Assembly: GCA_963675745.2 (NCBI GenBank)
Contig: CAXXWX010000019.1
Span: 1 to 64,000 of the forward strand
Origin: Phycisphaerae bacterium
GTDB lineage: Bacteria > Planctomycetota > Phycisphaerae > UBA1845 > Fen-1342
Direction of reading: 5' to 3'
DNA length: 64,000 nucleotides
Numbering within the stretch: the first letter of the stretch is position 1; each line of letters opens with the position of its first letter. A program made the position numbers and the translations under genes. Shown here in pieces: positions 51,984 to 61,975 of the stretch. The notes under the pieces were generated by a model. That model worked only from the letters and a program-made list of their open reading frames with translations. It ran no database searches and had not been told where the DNA came from.

Positions 51984-52015
51984 CTGTGGCCTTGTGGCCC
52001 TGTGGCCTCGTGGCC
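51984..52015 (-). repeat. 8-bp tandem array x4 (minus strand GGCCACGA GGCCACAG GGCCACAA GGCCACAG)
   Basis: Read directly, 7 nt past the amylase stop codon. Confidence 0.8.
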
Positions 52016-52022
52016 TTTTCAC

Positions 52023-54593
52023 CTACCCACTCAGCAGCGCGACAAACGCATCAATGTCGCCGTTGTTGACGAAGCCGTCGGCGTTTACGTCGGCCAGCAT
52101 GATGTCGCAGTCGGGGAAGGCGGCGGCGTAGCCGGCCGCGTCGCTGATCGCCAGCACGAATGCGTCGATATCTCCGTTATTGATGGAGCCGTCGCAGTTC
52201 ATGTCGCCGACCTGGTGGAAAGTGACGGTCGCGAACTGGTCGCCGGGAACGGTGGTCATGTCGGGCGTCTCGCCGAGATTGGACCAGCCGCCGCCGAGGC
52301 CGGGCAGCCATTGGTTGCTGACGTCGCCGTTGGACTCGAAGATGAAGACGCACACGCGAATGGGATCGACGATCGGCGTGGCGAGGCCGATGTCAACCAG
52401 CGGGACGAGCAACTCCAGTCCGGTAGTCGCCGTGTCAGCTCCCGTGGCGCTGGTATCGGTGACGCCGGCGGTGTTGGTGTTATCAAACGCGCACTCCATC
52501 TGGTTGGGGTTTGAGCCGCCGGTGATCACACCATCGCCGTCGTTGACGGTGCCCTGGCCCCGATAGGTCTTGTCCACCCCGCCGCCGGTCAGCAACTCAT
52601 ATTGATCGACCCAGAACGTCGCGCTGTTGGCGTTGACGAAGTAAAGGTGATCCGGCGCAAAGCCCGCATCGAATTCGAGACCGGTGAGCAACGGCGGTTG
52701 CTCCGGCGGTGTGGAGGCGCCATCCAGGTCGAGCACGGTCTGCCCGCCGCTAACCGTGTCGAAAAACAAGGCCAGCCCCGTGCCATCGGTTGCGAGGTTG
52801 CCGGTGATACCCACGCTGAGCATCTCGCCGCTGACGTCGATAAAGAGCTGGTCTAATTCAGAGACGTTGTCGCCCAGGCCGGTGGCATTGTCCTGCGTGG
52901 CAACCAGGGCACCGGCGCCGAGGTCGGTCGGAATCTCGCGCCCGTCCACCGCGGAGCCGCCGCCGTCGGGCGGGTCAATCTGCACTTCCATGATGCGATA
53001 GGAGTATGCCGCCATCCCCATTGGATAGGAGTCTTTGTTCGCCTCGGTTAGCGCCGGCAGGCTCACCTCGTTGAGCACATCGTAGGGCGTCGTGGTGCCG
53101 CCGGGGATCGGGAAGTCGCTCAGATCGAGGCTGACCGACTCGCTGTAGCCGCTGAGGTTGATGACAACGAGCATTTGCTGGTCGTCATGGTGGCGGACGA
53201 ACGAGTAGACCGCTTCGTTGTTGTTGTAGACGGAGTAATACGCGCCACGGCGCAGGGCGATATGGGCCTTGCGGGCGGCGATCAGCAGCCGGTATTCCTC
53301 GAGCAGCGACCCGCTCACGCCGAGCTGCTCTTCGACGCTGCGCCCGTCGTTGTTCTGCGAGAAGCGGTTGTTGTAGGCCGGCGGGTAGAGCACGTCGTAG
53401 TTCGACATCGGTGCGCCGGCGATGGCTTTCCACTTGAACGGCTCGCGCATCGGGATGTCCTTGGCGTCGCCGGCGTAGCTGTCCTGTTTCCACCCGAGCA
53501 TGCCCAATTCGTCGCCGTAGTAGATGATCGGCGGGTGCGCAAGCGTCATCAGCACGGCGGCGGCAACCTTCCCCTTGGCCATGCTGCCGCCGATCGCCGT
53601 CGCCAGCCGGTCAACGTCATGGTCGCCGATAATGCCGACAAACAGCCGATCGGCGGGCTGCAACGCCGCCGCCGCCTCGGCCTGGCTGTAGAGCGAGGCG
53701 GCCAGCTCGTTTGCCAGCGCGTCACGCGCGCCGAACTCGAGCGGCTTGGTCATGGTCGCATCATGCGCCGGCATCAGCTCGACACCCCAACTGCCCCAGT
53801 CGGCCTGCTCGGCAAACGTGAACACGTCGGGATTGACCGATTGAAGGGCCTGTTTCCAGGGCACCCAAAAGCTGTCGATGTTATAGCCCCAGCCGTCCGG
53901 GCCCGAGGAGTAGTATTCCCACACGTGATCGAGCCGGTAGCCGTCCACACCGTCGGCGAAATTGCCGTCGTTGTCCGGGTCGAGCCAGTGTTGGGCCCAG
54001 GTCGTCACCAGATTGACCGGTGACGGGTGGCGCAGGTCCCAGTGGATGAAGCCGACCGTATCGCCGTTCCACGTCGTGTAGCTGCTGCCCAGGTACCACG
54101 TGTTGGCGGAGTTCTCGAAGGCGAGCCAGTCGTCGTACGGGCTACTCGGGTTGCCGTAGGCGCTCTGAAACCAGATCGAGTCGTGGCTGATGCCGTAGGC
54201 TACGTAGTCGATGAAGACCTTGATGCCGCGCGCATGGGCGGCTTCGACGAAGCTGATGAACTGGGCCTCGCTGCCGAACCGCGTGTTGAGCGTATCCGCC
54301 GCGCCGTGCTGATAACCGTGATACGCGGGTGAGGGGAAGATCGGGTTCATCCAGATAGCGGTGACGCCGAGGTATTCGAGATAGTCGAGCGAGGCGATCA
54401 TGCCGTCGAAGTCGCCATAGTGCGGGTCGCCGGCATCCCAGGGCTCATTCGGATCGAACCCGCTGTCGCGCCAGGCGATGGGCATGAAGTGATAGAAGAC
54501 GTCATCGACCGGCTCGCCGGCCGGGCCGGGCGTCACGAGCGCGCCCGCGCAACATATAACACAGATAGTCCTCAGGATTGCCGGCAGGCGCAT
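52023..54593 (-). CDS. Secreted GH13 alpha-amylase-family glycosidase with accessory domain and dockerin-like tail
   Basis: GDFDGMIASLDYL..LGVTAIWMNP, YHGY, GVDGYRLD (nucleophile), FAE, DHDVDR, IYYGDELGM; GDMNCDGSINNGDIDAFV. Confidence 0.92.
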   Translation of the reverse strand: MRLPAILRTICVICCAGALVTPGPAGEPVDDVFYHFMPIAWRDSGFDPNEPWDAGDPHYGDFDGMIASLDYLEYLGVTAIWMNPIFPSPAYHGYQHGAADTLNTRFGSEAQFISFVEAAHARGIKVFIDYVAYGISHDSIWFQSAYGNPSSPYDDWLAFENSANTWYLGSSYTTWNGDTVGFIHWDLRHPSPVNLVTTWAQHWLDPDNDGNFADGVDGYRLDHVWEYYSSGPDGWGYNIDSFWVPWKQALQSVNPDVFTFAEQADWGSWGVELMPAHDATMTKPLEFGARDALANELAASLYSQAEAAAALQPADRLFVGIIGDHDVDRLATAIGGSMAKGKVAAAVLMTLAHPPIIYYGDELGMLGWKQDSYAGDAKDIPMREPFKWKAIAGAPMSNYDVLYPPAYNNRFSQNNDGRSVEEQLGVSGSLLEEYRLLIAARKAHIALRRGAYYSVYNNNEAVYSFVRHHDDQQMLVVINLSGYSESVSLDLSDFPIPGGTTTPYDVLNEVSLPALTEANKDSYPMGMAAYSYRIMEVQIDPPDGGGSAVDGREIPTDLGAGALVATQDNATGLGDNVSELDQLFIDVSGEMLSVGITGNLATDGTGLALFFDTVSGGQTVLDLDGASTPPEQPPLLTGLEFDAGFAPDHLYFVNANSATFWVDQYELLTGGGVDKTYRGQGTVNDGDGVITGGSNPNQMECAFDNTNTAGVTDTSATGADTATTGLELLVPLVDIGLATPIVDPIRVCVFIFESNGDVSNQWLPGLGGGWSNLGETPDMTTVPGDQFATVTFHQVGDMNCDGSINNGDIDAFVLAISDAAGYAAAFPDCDIMLADVNADGFVNNGDIDAFVALLSG

Positions 54594-54732
54594 CGCGATC
54601 TCCGTAGGTGGTTACATTCGCTCATCTCCCATGCTAGCGAAGTGAGCGGCCACAGCAAAGGATAATGCCCCCGCTTGCCGGCGCCGTGACACTTCCGGCG
54701 GCAATCCCGCGTCCGTGGTTTCCGAGTTACTT

Positions 54733-54914
54733 GCCCCGTAGGGGCACCTGAATACAGCCCAGCACGCAGTGCTGGGTTTGGGTCGCGTAACCGGCCGCCA
54801 AGTCCCGCACGGGACGACTGAAAGCTCAGCCGTCCCGGTGGGACTCGGTTTTCACGTGGCCACGATTGCCCCAGCACTGCGTGCTGGGCTATGTTCATTG
54901 CGCCTCTGCGGGAC
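54733..54914. repeat. Long nested palindromic element (REP/MITE-like)
   Basis: 54749-54776 pairs with 54870-54897 (26/28); inner pair 54801-54821 / 54826-54845; GCCCCGTAGGGGC at the left end. Confidence 0.8.
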
Positions 54915-55054
54915 GACATCGCCACGATCCGCCGATTGTGTCACCGGACTCCCGCTTGCGCCCAATCGACCTCTCAAGCCATCGCGCTGGACACGGTGTG
55001 GCAGCGTGGCAGGGGTTCGCGGGGGCTCGATCCGGCCCTGCCGGATCTGTCTGA

Positions 55055-58000
55055 TCAGCGCACGTTGAAGTATCGCGCGTCGGGATGATAAGTGGCGATG
55101 GCGCTGGTTGTCTGTTCCGGCTCAAACTGGAACTCGTCGCTGAGGGTTACGCCGATGCGCTCCGGGTTGAGCAGAGCCATGAACGCCCGTTGGTCCTCCA
55201 GGTTGGGGCAGGCCGGGTAGCCGAAACTGTAACGACTACCCTGGTAGCCCTGCTGGAAGAGCTTGCGCAACTCGCGGGCGTCGCGTCCGGCCACGCCTAG
55301 TTCCATGCGAATCTGCCGGTGGATGTACTCGGCCAGCGCTTCGGCGAGCTCGACGCCCAGCCCGTGCAGGTACAGGTACTGCCGGTACTCGTCCGCAGCG
55401 AACCAGTCACGGGCGACTTCGCTCACGCGCGGTCCGGCCGTCACGATCGACAGGGCGCAAACATCCACCGTCCCGTCCTCCAGCGGGCGCCAGAAGTCGG
55501 ACAGGCACCAGAACGGCTTACGCATCTGGCGCGGGAACTTGAACCGCCAGACTTCGTTGCCATGCCACTCGGGGCGGTCGATGGTCCCGTGTGGCGGCTC
55601 GAAGATGACCAGGTCGTCGCCGTCGGAATTGCACGGCCAATAGCCATACACGGTCCGGGGCAGGAGAATCTCGTCGCGCTCGCACCGCGCGACAAGTTCG
55701 CGGTAAATCGGGCGCACTTCGCGGTCGATGTACTTCTTGAACTCGCCGGCGGATCGCCCCTTCTTGCGGAAGCCCCATTGCACCTGGAAGAGCATGACCT
55801 CGTTGATGTAACCCAGCGCCGCGCGCAGCGGCACATCCACCACACGCGCCCCCCAGAAAGGCGGCTTCGGCACCGGCCATGTGTGACCGATGTCCGAGCG
55901 CATCGGCCTGGCCTCGAATGCCGCGCGCGCGGCGGCGGCGGCTTCCTTGGCCTCACGCGCCAGCGGCGCCAGCTTCTCGTCCAGCGGCTTGAGCCCATAC
56001 CGCTTCTCCATCTCGTGGGCCAACTGCTCAATCGAGCTGACCTCGGTAGCGGCGGCTGTAACGATCGCCTCTTCGGCCAGTTCTTCTTCATCGGCCGCGA
56101 CTGATGTGCCGGCTGCGATCCGTTCCATGGCGCGCAGGCCGTCGAAGGCGTCCTTGGCGTAGTGCACCTCGCCGCGGTACACGCCGCGCAGTTCTTCTTC
56201 GACGTACTTACGGGTCAGCGCCGCGCCGCCGAGGATCACCGGGACGGTCACGCCGCGCTCGTTGAGCACTTCCAGATCCTCGCGCATCACGACGGTGGAC
56301 TTGACCAGCAGCCCGCTGAGGCCGATCGCGTCGGCCTGGTGCTCGTGCCAGGCCTGGATGATGTTGTTGATCGGTTGCTTGATGCCCAGGTTGTAGACGG
56401 TGTACCCGTTGTTGCTGAGGATGATATCCACCAGGTTTTTGCCGATGTCGTGTACGTCGCCGCGGACGGTGGCCAGCACTATTTTGGCGCGCGCGTCGGT
56501 GTCGGACTTCTCCATGTGTGGTTCGAGGTGCGCCACCGCCGCCTTCATCGTCTCGGCCGACCTGAGCACGAAAGGCAGTTGCATCTGCCCCGATCCAAAC
56601 AGCTCGCCGACCGTTTTCATGCCCGCCAGCAGAAACTCGTTGATGATGTAGAACGGCTGGTATTTCTCCATCGCCCGGTCGAGATCCTCGGCCAGGCCCT
56701 GTTTCTGGCCGTCGATGATTCGTTGGCTGAGTCGCTCTTCCAGCGGCAAGTCGGTGATGCGCGCCTTTTCGCCAAGCGTTTCGCCTTCGGAGAAGAGCGC
56801 CATGAAGCGTTCGAGTGGATCGCCGCTCTCGCGCCGGTCGTGAATCAGATCCAGCGCGGCCGTCCAGCGCTCATCGCCGATCTGGTGGCGCGGGAGGATC
56901 TTGCTGGCGTGAACGATGGCGGCGGTCAGGCCATGCCCGCGCGCCTCGTGCAGGAAGGCCGAGTTGAGCACGACCCGCGCCGCCGGCTGCAACCCGAAGC
57001 TCACGTTGCTGACACCCAGAATCGACTGGCAGTTGGGAAACGCGTCCATCACCCGCTTGATGCCTGCCAGTGTCTCCAGGGCCAGGCGGCGGTCGGCCTC
57101 GTTTCCGGTCGTGATCGGAAAGGTCAGGCAATCGAAGAAGATGTCTTCATCGCGCAGCCCGTGTTTCTCTGTCAGCAGACCGTGCAGTCGCCGGGCAACG
57201 GCCAGCTTCCGATCGGCTGTTTTCGCCATGGCCTCAGCCGGGTCATCATCGATCGTCAGGGCCACGACGGCCGCCCCGTATTGCAGGCACAAGCCGGCGA
57301 TCTTCGCCAGGCGCTCTTCGCCGTCTTCCAGGTTCACCGAATTGATGATGCACTTGCCGCCGGTGAGTTTCAGCCCGGCCTCCAGCACATCGGCCTGGGT
57401 GCTGTCGAGCATCAGGGGCAAGGTAATGTCGCTGGCGAAGCGGTCCGCCACCAGTTGCATGTCCGCCACCCCATCGCGCCCGACGTAATCGACACAAACG
57501 TCCAACACGTGTGACTCGGGGACTTGCTGCTGGGCCGTCTGCACCAGACCCTCGATGTCCCCCTCGGCCAGCAAGCGCTTGAACATGCGCGAGCCGTTTG
57601 TGTTGCAGCGCTCGCCGACAATCAGGAAGCTCTTGTCCTGACGCATGGTCACGGCTTGGTACAGGCTGCTGACCGACGGCTCATGGACCGGTTTGCGCGG
57701 CTTGGGTGTCAGGCCGCGGACCGCGGCCGCCACCGCCGCGATGTGCTCCGCGGTTGTGCCACAACATCCCCCCACGATATTCACGCCGTCTGATTCGACA
57801 AATTCCCGTAGCCAGCGGGCGAGTTCGTCGGGAGAGAGCGGGAAATGGGCGTGTCCATCCACGACCTGCGGCAGGCCGGCGTTGGGCTGCACGCTGATCG
57901 CGCGCGTGCAGTGGGCCGCCAGGTACCTCACGTGCTCCCCCATCTCCCGCGGTCCGGTTGCGCAGTTCATCCCGATCACGTCGACTTCGGGATACGCCTC

Positions 58001-58642
58001 GATCGCGGTCAGCGCCCCGGCGATCTCCGTGCCCAGCAGCATCGTGCCGGTCGTCTCCACCGTGACCTGCACGATCAGCGGCACGCGCACCCCGCAGGTG
58101 TCAAACCCGCTGCGCGCGGCCTGGATCGCCGCCTTGACTTGCAGGATGTCCTGGCAGGTTTCGATGATCAGTACGTCAACGCCGGCGTCGAGCAGAGCGC
58201 GGGCCTGCTCGGAGTAGCTGGCGACCAGCGCATCATAGGTCGTCTGGCGCAGCGAAGGCAGCTTGGTTCCCGGGCCGATTGAGCCGGCGACATAGCGAGG
58301 GTGGGCCGGCGTGCTGAAGGCCTCGGCGGCCCGCCGCGCGATCTCCACCGCCCGCCGATTCAAGTCGCAGACGCGCTCGGCCAGATCAAACTCCGCCAGA
58401 ACGATCCGGTTCGATCCGAAAGTGTTGGTTTCGACGATGTCGGCGCCGGCCTCGAAAAAACCGCTGTGAATCCGCTCAATCACGTCCGGGCGGGTTTCGC
58501 AGAGAATCTCCGAGCAGTTCTCCAGCCCACGATAATCGCTGAGCGGCAGATCAAACGCGTGAATCGACGTGCCCATCGCGCCATCAAAGACCATGACGCC
58601 ACCGGCAAGCTGTTCCAGAAATCGTCTTCCAGAGTCCCGCAA
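55055..58642 (-). CDS. metH: Cobalamin-dependent methionine synthase
   Basis: AAGGAG then TTG 58642; DGAMGT, GGCCGTT, VGERCNTNGS, GDVHDIGKNLV, GSRYSFGYPACP. Confidence 0.97.
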   Translation of the reverse strand: MRDSGRRFLEQLAGGVMVFDGAMGTSIHAFDLPLSDYRGLENCSEILCETRPDVIERIHSGFFEAGADIVETNTFGSNRIVLAEFDLAERVCDLNRRAVEIARRAAEAFSTPAHPRYVAGSIGPGTKLPSLRQTTYDALVASYSEQARALLDAGVDVLIIETCQDILQVKAAIQAARSGFDTCGVRVPLIVQVTVETTGTMLLGTEIAGALTAIEAYPEVDVIGMNCATGPREMGEHVRYLAAHCTRAISVQPNAGLPQVVDGHAHFPLSPDELARWLREFVESDGVNIVGGCCGTTAEHIAAVAAAVRGLTPKPRKPVHEPSVSSLYQAVTMRQDKSFLIVGERCNTNGSRMFKRLLAEGDIEGLVQTAQQQVPESHVLDVCVDYVGRDGVADMQLVADRFASDITLPLMLDSTQADVLEAGLKLTGGKCIINSVNLEDGEERLAKIAGLCLQYGAAVVALTIDDDPAEAMAKTADRKLAVARRLHGLLTEKHGLRDEDIFFDCLTFPITTGNEADRRLALETLAGIKRVMDAFPNCQSILGVSNVSFGLQPAARVVLNSAFLHEARGHGLTAAIVHASKILPRHQIGDERWTAALDLIHDRRESGDPLERFMALFSEGETLGEKARITDLPLEERLSQRIIDGQKQGLAEDLDRAMEKYQPFYIINEFLLAGMKTVGELFGSGQMQLPFVLRSAETMKAAVAHLEPHMEKSDTDARAKIVLATVRGDVHDIGKNLVDIILSNNGYTVYNLGIKQPINNIIQAWHEHQADAIGLSGLLVKSTVVMREDLEVLNERGVTVPVILGGAALTRKYVEEELRGVYRGEVHYAKDAFDGLRAMERIAAGTSVAADEEELAEEAIVTAAATEVSSIEQLAHEMEKRYGLKPLDEKLAPLAREAKEAAAAARAAFEARPMRSDIGHTWPVPKPPFWGARVVDVPLRAALGYINEVMLFQVQWGFRKKGRSAGEFKKYIDREVRPIYRELVARCERDEILLPRTVYGYWPCNSDGDDLVIFEPPHGTIDRPEWHGNEVWRFKFPRQMRKPFWCLSDFWRPLEDGTVDVCALSIVTAGPRVSEVARDWFAADEYRQYLYLHGLGVELAEALAEYIHRQIRMELGVAGRDARELRKLFQQGYQGSRYSFGYPACPNLEDQRAFMALLNPERIGVTLSDEFQFEPEQTTSAIATYHPDARYFNVR

Positions 58643-58860
58643 CTTGGCTCCTTTGTCGGATAGTATAGCGCGACGACCGACGCGCACCCCGGCCCGGACA
58701 TATCGGATGCTGTTCGGCGACCGCGGCCCCGGCGGATGCGGACCGGAATGGCGCGGCTCGGCGACCGCTTGCCACATTCTCGCAACGCGATATTATAACA
58801 GGTTACGAAACCGGGCGCCGCTAGCTACTATCGCCGCGATTTGCTGGAGATTTGACACCG

Positions 58861-60189
58861 ATGACAGATGTATTGCAGGATCTTGCCCCGTTCTTTGATC
58901 TGCCGGAACCGACGATCGAGGCGGTTAATGCCATGGCCGACACCGTTCACGAGTCGTCGGCAACCTGGGAGAAGTTTGAGGGGCTCCTGCGCGAGCGGGT
59001 CGACGCGGGCGACACGGGGCCACTCAAGCTGGCGACCGGTTTCTTCATGCTCGGCCGGTTCGGCGAGGCACTCGAGTGGTTTGGCAAGGCGGGGAACGAC
59101 AAGTACGGCCATTACTACGCGTCGTTGTCGGCGTTGGCGCTCGGGCGCACCGATGAGGCGCTGGCGCTGCTGGGCCAGGCACAATCCGCCGGTTGGGACG
59201 CGTTCGACGCCGATATGCGCGCGGTTGAGGTGCACGTCCGCGCCGGCGATATCGATGCCGCGCAAAAGCTCGTCGAGCGCCACGCGCGCGTCGGCGAGGA
59301 TCGTGCCGACTGGTATTACGCGCGCGCCTTGGTCACCGAAGCGCGTGACAATCGGGAAGAGGCTGTCACGCTCTATGACAAGGCACTCACGCTGAGTCCC
59401 GACCATGAGCGCGCGCTTTTCCGCTGCGCCTGGCTGTATGACATGCGCGGCGACGACGAGCTGGCCATAGAGCTGTACCGCAAACTGACCACCCGGCCGC
59501 GGGCACGCATCAACGCGCTCATGAACACCGCCGTGATCTACGAGGATCTGGGCCAGTACGCCGAGGCGATCTCATGTCTGCGGCGGGTGTTGCACGTCTG
59601 CCCCAACCACGCCCGAGCGCGACTGTTCCTGAAGGACGTGGAGAGCAGCCGCGAGATGATCATCGATGAGCACGCCGACAGTGAGGTCGACGCGCGCAGC
59701 CGGCTGCTGGACGCCCCGATCAGCGAGTTCGAGCTGTCGGTCCGGGCGCGCAACTGCCTTAAGAAGATGAACATCAATACCCTCGGCCAGCTCATCCAAC
59801 TGACCGAATCCGAATTGCTGGCCTACAAGAACTTCGGCGAGGCCTCGCTCAACGAGATCAAGCAGTTGTTGGCGCGCAAGGGGCTGCGCCTCGGCCAGCG
59901 GCCCGACGAGATCGACCCGACGACCATCTCCACCGATGATATCGGCGTGCGCGTGGTTGTCCCGCCCGGACGTGAGGCGATTCTCAACAAGTCGGTCGCC
60001 GAGCTGGAGTTGTCGGTTCGCTCGCGGCGCTGTCTCCAGCGGCTCAACATCGTCACGTTGGGCGACCTGATTCAGCACAACGAGCCGGAACTGCTCGCCA
60101 CCCGCAACTTCGGCGTGACCTCGCTCAACGAGATCAAGGCCCGACTGGCCGAGATCGGCATGACGCTCGCGCCCAAGCAGCCTGACTGA
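58861..60189 (+). CDS. TPR protein with two RNA polymerase alpha-subunit C-terminal domains
   Basis: TPR helices, then ELSVRARNCL...KNFGEASLNEIK and ELSVRSRRCL...RNFGVTSLNEIK. Confidence 0.9.
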   Translation: MTDVLQDLAPFFDLPEPTIEAVNAMADTVHESSATWEKFEGLLRERVDAGDTGPLKLATGFFMLGRFGEALEWFGKAGNDKYGHYYASLSALALGRTDEALALLGQAQSAGWDAFDADMRAVEVHVRAGDIDAAQKLVERHARVGEDRADWYYARALVTEARDNREEAVTLYDKALTLSPDHERALFRCAWLYDMRGDDELAIELYRKLTTRPRARINALMNTAVIYEDLGQYAEAISCLRRVLHVCPNHARARLFLKDVESSREMIIDEHADSEVDARSRLLDAPISEFELSVRARNCLKKMNINTLGQLIQLTESELLAYKNFGEASLNEIKQLLARKGLRLGQRPDEIDPTTISTDDIGVRVVVPPGREAILNKSVAELELSVRSRRCLQRLNIVTLGDLIQHNEPELLATRNFGVTSLNEIKARLAEIGMTLAPKQPD

Positions 60190-61331
60190 TGGCTGACACC
60201 GGTGACGGTGGCTTTCGCTTCGTCGTTACACACTCCAGCGGCCGCGCGCGGCGCGGCCGACTGACCACCCCGCACGGCACCATCGAGACCCCCGCGTTCA
60301 TGCCCGTCGGCACGCGCGCCACGCTCAAAGGGCTCACGCCACGGCAAGTGCGCGAGACTGGCACCCAGATCGTGCTGGCCAACACCTACCACCTGATGTT
60401 GCGCCCCGGCAGCGACGTCGTCGCGCATTTTGGCGGCTTGCACAGCTTCATGGGCTGGGATGGACCGATTCTGACCGACAGTGGCGGCTTTCAGGTGTTC
60501 TCACTGGCCCAGTTGCGCAGGCTGGACGACGACGGCGTCGAGTTCCGTTCGCACATCGATGGCGCCCTCATCAGCCTGACGCCCGAGTCATCAATCCACG
60601 CTCAGAACCAACTCGGCGCGGACATCATCATGGCTTTCGACGAATGCCCGCCGCTGCCCGCCGAGCGCGCTGCCATCGCCGCGGCCGTGCGCCGAACCGT
60701 GGCCTGGGGACGCCGCAGCAAAGGTGCCCATACGCGCGCGGAGCAAGCGCTTTACGGCATTGTGCAGGGCGGGCTCGAGCTGGACCAGCGACGAGCGTGC
60801 CTTGCCCAGCTTGCCGAGATCGGTTTCGACGGCTACGCCATCGGCGGCCTGTCGGTGGGTGAGCCGCCCGCCGAGATGCACGCCCTGCTCGCGGAGTTCG
60901 CGCACGAACTGCCCTCGGATTGCCCACGCTATTTGATGGGGGTCGGGCGTCCGGTGGATATTGTCGAGGCGGTCGCGGCCGGGGTAGACCAGTTCGATTG
61001 CGTATTGCCGACCCGTAACGGTCGTAAGGCCTACGCGTTCACCAGCGCTGGTGTGCGGCGTCTGCGCAACGCCGAACACAAGCTGTCCGAGCAACCGCTG
61101 GATAGCGCCTGTGACTGCTACTGCTGCCGCCACTTCACGCGCGGCTACTTGCGACACCTGTTCATGTCGGCGGAGCTGCTTGGCCCCACGCTGGTTTCGC
61201 TCCATAATGTGCACTTCTATCAGGATCTGATGCGGCAAGCGCGGGACGCGATCGAGGCCGATCGTTTCGAAACCTGGCGGCAAGAGTTTCTCACCAGCCC
61301 GGCGGCCTGCTGCAACGAGGACAACGCATGA
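60189..61331 (+). CDS. tgt: Queuine tRNA-ribosyltransferase
   Basis: TPAFMPVGT, LANTYHL, TDSGGFQVFSL, YLMGVG, DCVLPTRNGR, CDCYCC. Confidence 0.97.
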   Translation: MADTGDGGFRFVVTHSSGRARRGRLTTPHGTIETPAFMPVGTRATLKGLTPRQVRETGTQIVLANTYHLMLRPGSDVVAHFGGLHSFMGWDGPILTDSGGFQVFSLAQLRRLDDDGVEFRSHIDGALISLTPESSIHAQNQLGADIIMAFDECPPLPAERAAIAAAVRRTVAWGRRSKGAHTRAEQALYGIVQGGLELDQRRACLAQLAEIGFDGYAIGGLSVGEPPAEMHALLAEFAHELPSDCPRYLMGVGRPVDIVEAVAAGVDQFDCVLPTRNGRKAYAFTSAGVRRLRNAEHKLSEQPLDSACDCYCCRHFTRGYLRHLFMSAELLGPTLVSLHNVHFYQDLMRQARDAIEADRFETWRQEFLTSPAACCNEDNA

Positions 61332-61738
61332 ACGATCTTCTGGCACAAATCGCGGACGCAGCCGCCCAGGACGCCGCCCCGTCGGAAGCGGCCCCGGCGC
61401 AGACAACCACCAATCAGCCGGTCACACCATCCGGCACCCAGCCGCCCCCGACGCGCCCGCAAGGCAGCATCTACGACTTTCTCGTGCCCATGGGCCTGAT
61501 GCTGGCTGTGGTCTACTACATCATGTGGCGCGGCAGCCGCAAGGACCGCCAGAAACAGCAGGACATGCTTAACGCCATCAAGCGCAATGATCGTGTGCAA
61601 ACGATCGGCGGCGTTCTGGGCACTGTTGTCGATGCGCGCGACGATGAGGTAATCGTCAAAGTTGACGAAACCAATAACGTCAAGATCCGCTTCAGCCGCA
61701 GCGCAATAAAAGAGGTCATCAGCGCGGATGCGTCCTAG
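61328..61738 (+). CDS. yajC: Preprotein translocase subunit YajC
   Basis: Single TM; DRVQTIGGVLGTVV, RSAI; follows tgt with an ATGA overlap. Confidence 0.92.
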   Translation: MNDLLAQIADAAAQDAAPSEAAPAQTTTNQPVTPSGTQPPPTRPQGSIYDFLVPMGLMLAVVYYIMWRGSRKDRQKQQDMLNAIKRNDRVQTIGGVLGTVVDARDDEVIVKVDETNNVKIRFSRSAIKEVISADAS

Positions 61739-61796
61739 CACTGTATCCGCCGGAGGCGTTTCGTGTTTCGCGCGACGCTTCAGTGCAACATAACGT

Positions 61797-61876
61797 GTAA
61801 CGGCCGGCGCCTCGCCGGCCGCCTGATATCGGAAACGCCGTTTAACCGCGACGGCCTGCGAGGCGCAGGCCGCTAC
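61797..61876. repeat. REP doublet (REPIN-like)
   Basis: GTAA-CGGCCGGCG-CCT-CGCCGGCCG (identical to 30726-30750) and inverted GTAG-CGGCCTGCG-CCT-CGCAGGCCG at 61852-61876. Confidence 0.8.
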
Positions 61877-61975
61877 AGCGCCGCAGGCGCGGAACAATCG
61901 AACTGGACACGGCACTAGCGCACGTTGGCACATGCCCCTGAGCCTGGGTGGCACAGGCGGCCCGCCTGTTATGTT

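Noticed and set aside
58643..58860. SAM or cobalamin riboswitch upstream of metH
   Set aside because: Short divergent intergenic region with no recognisable conserved riboswitch core by eye; an Rfam scan would be decisive.
58861..60189. Calling this gene rpoA
   Set aside because: It lacks the alpha N-terminal assembly domain and ribosomal-operon context.
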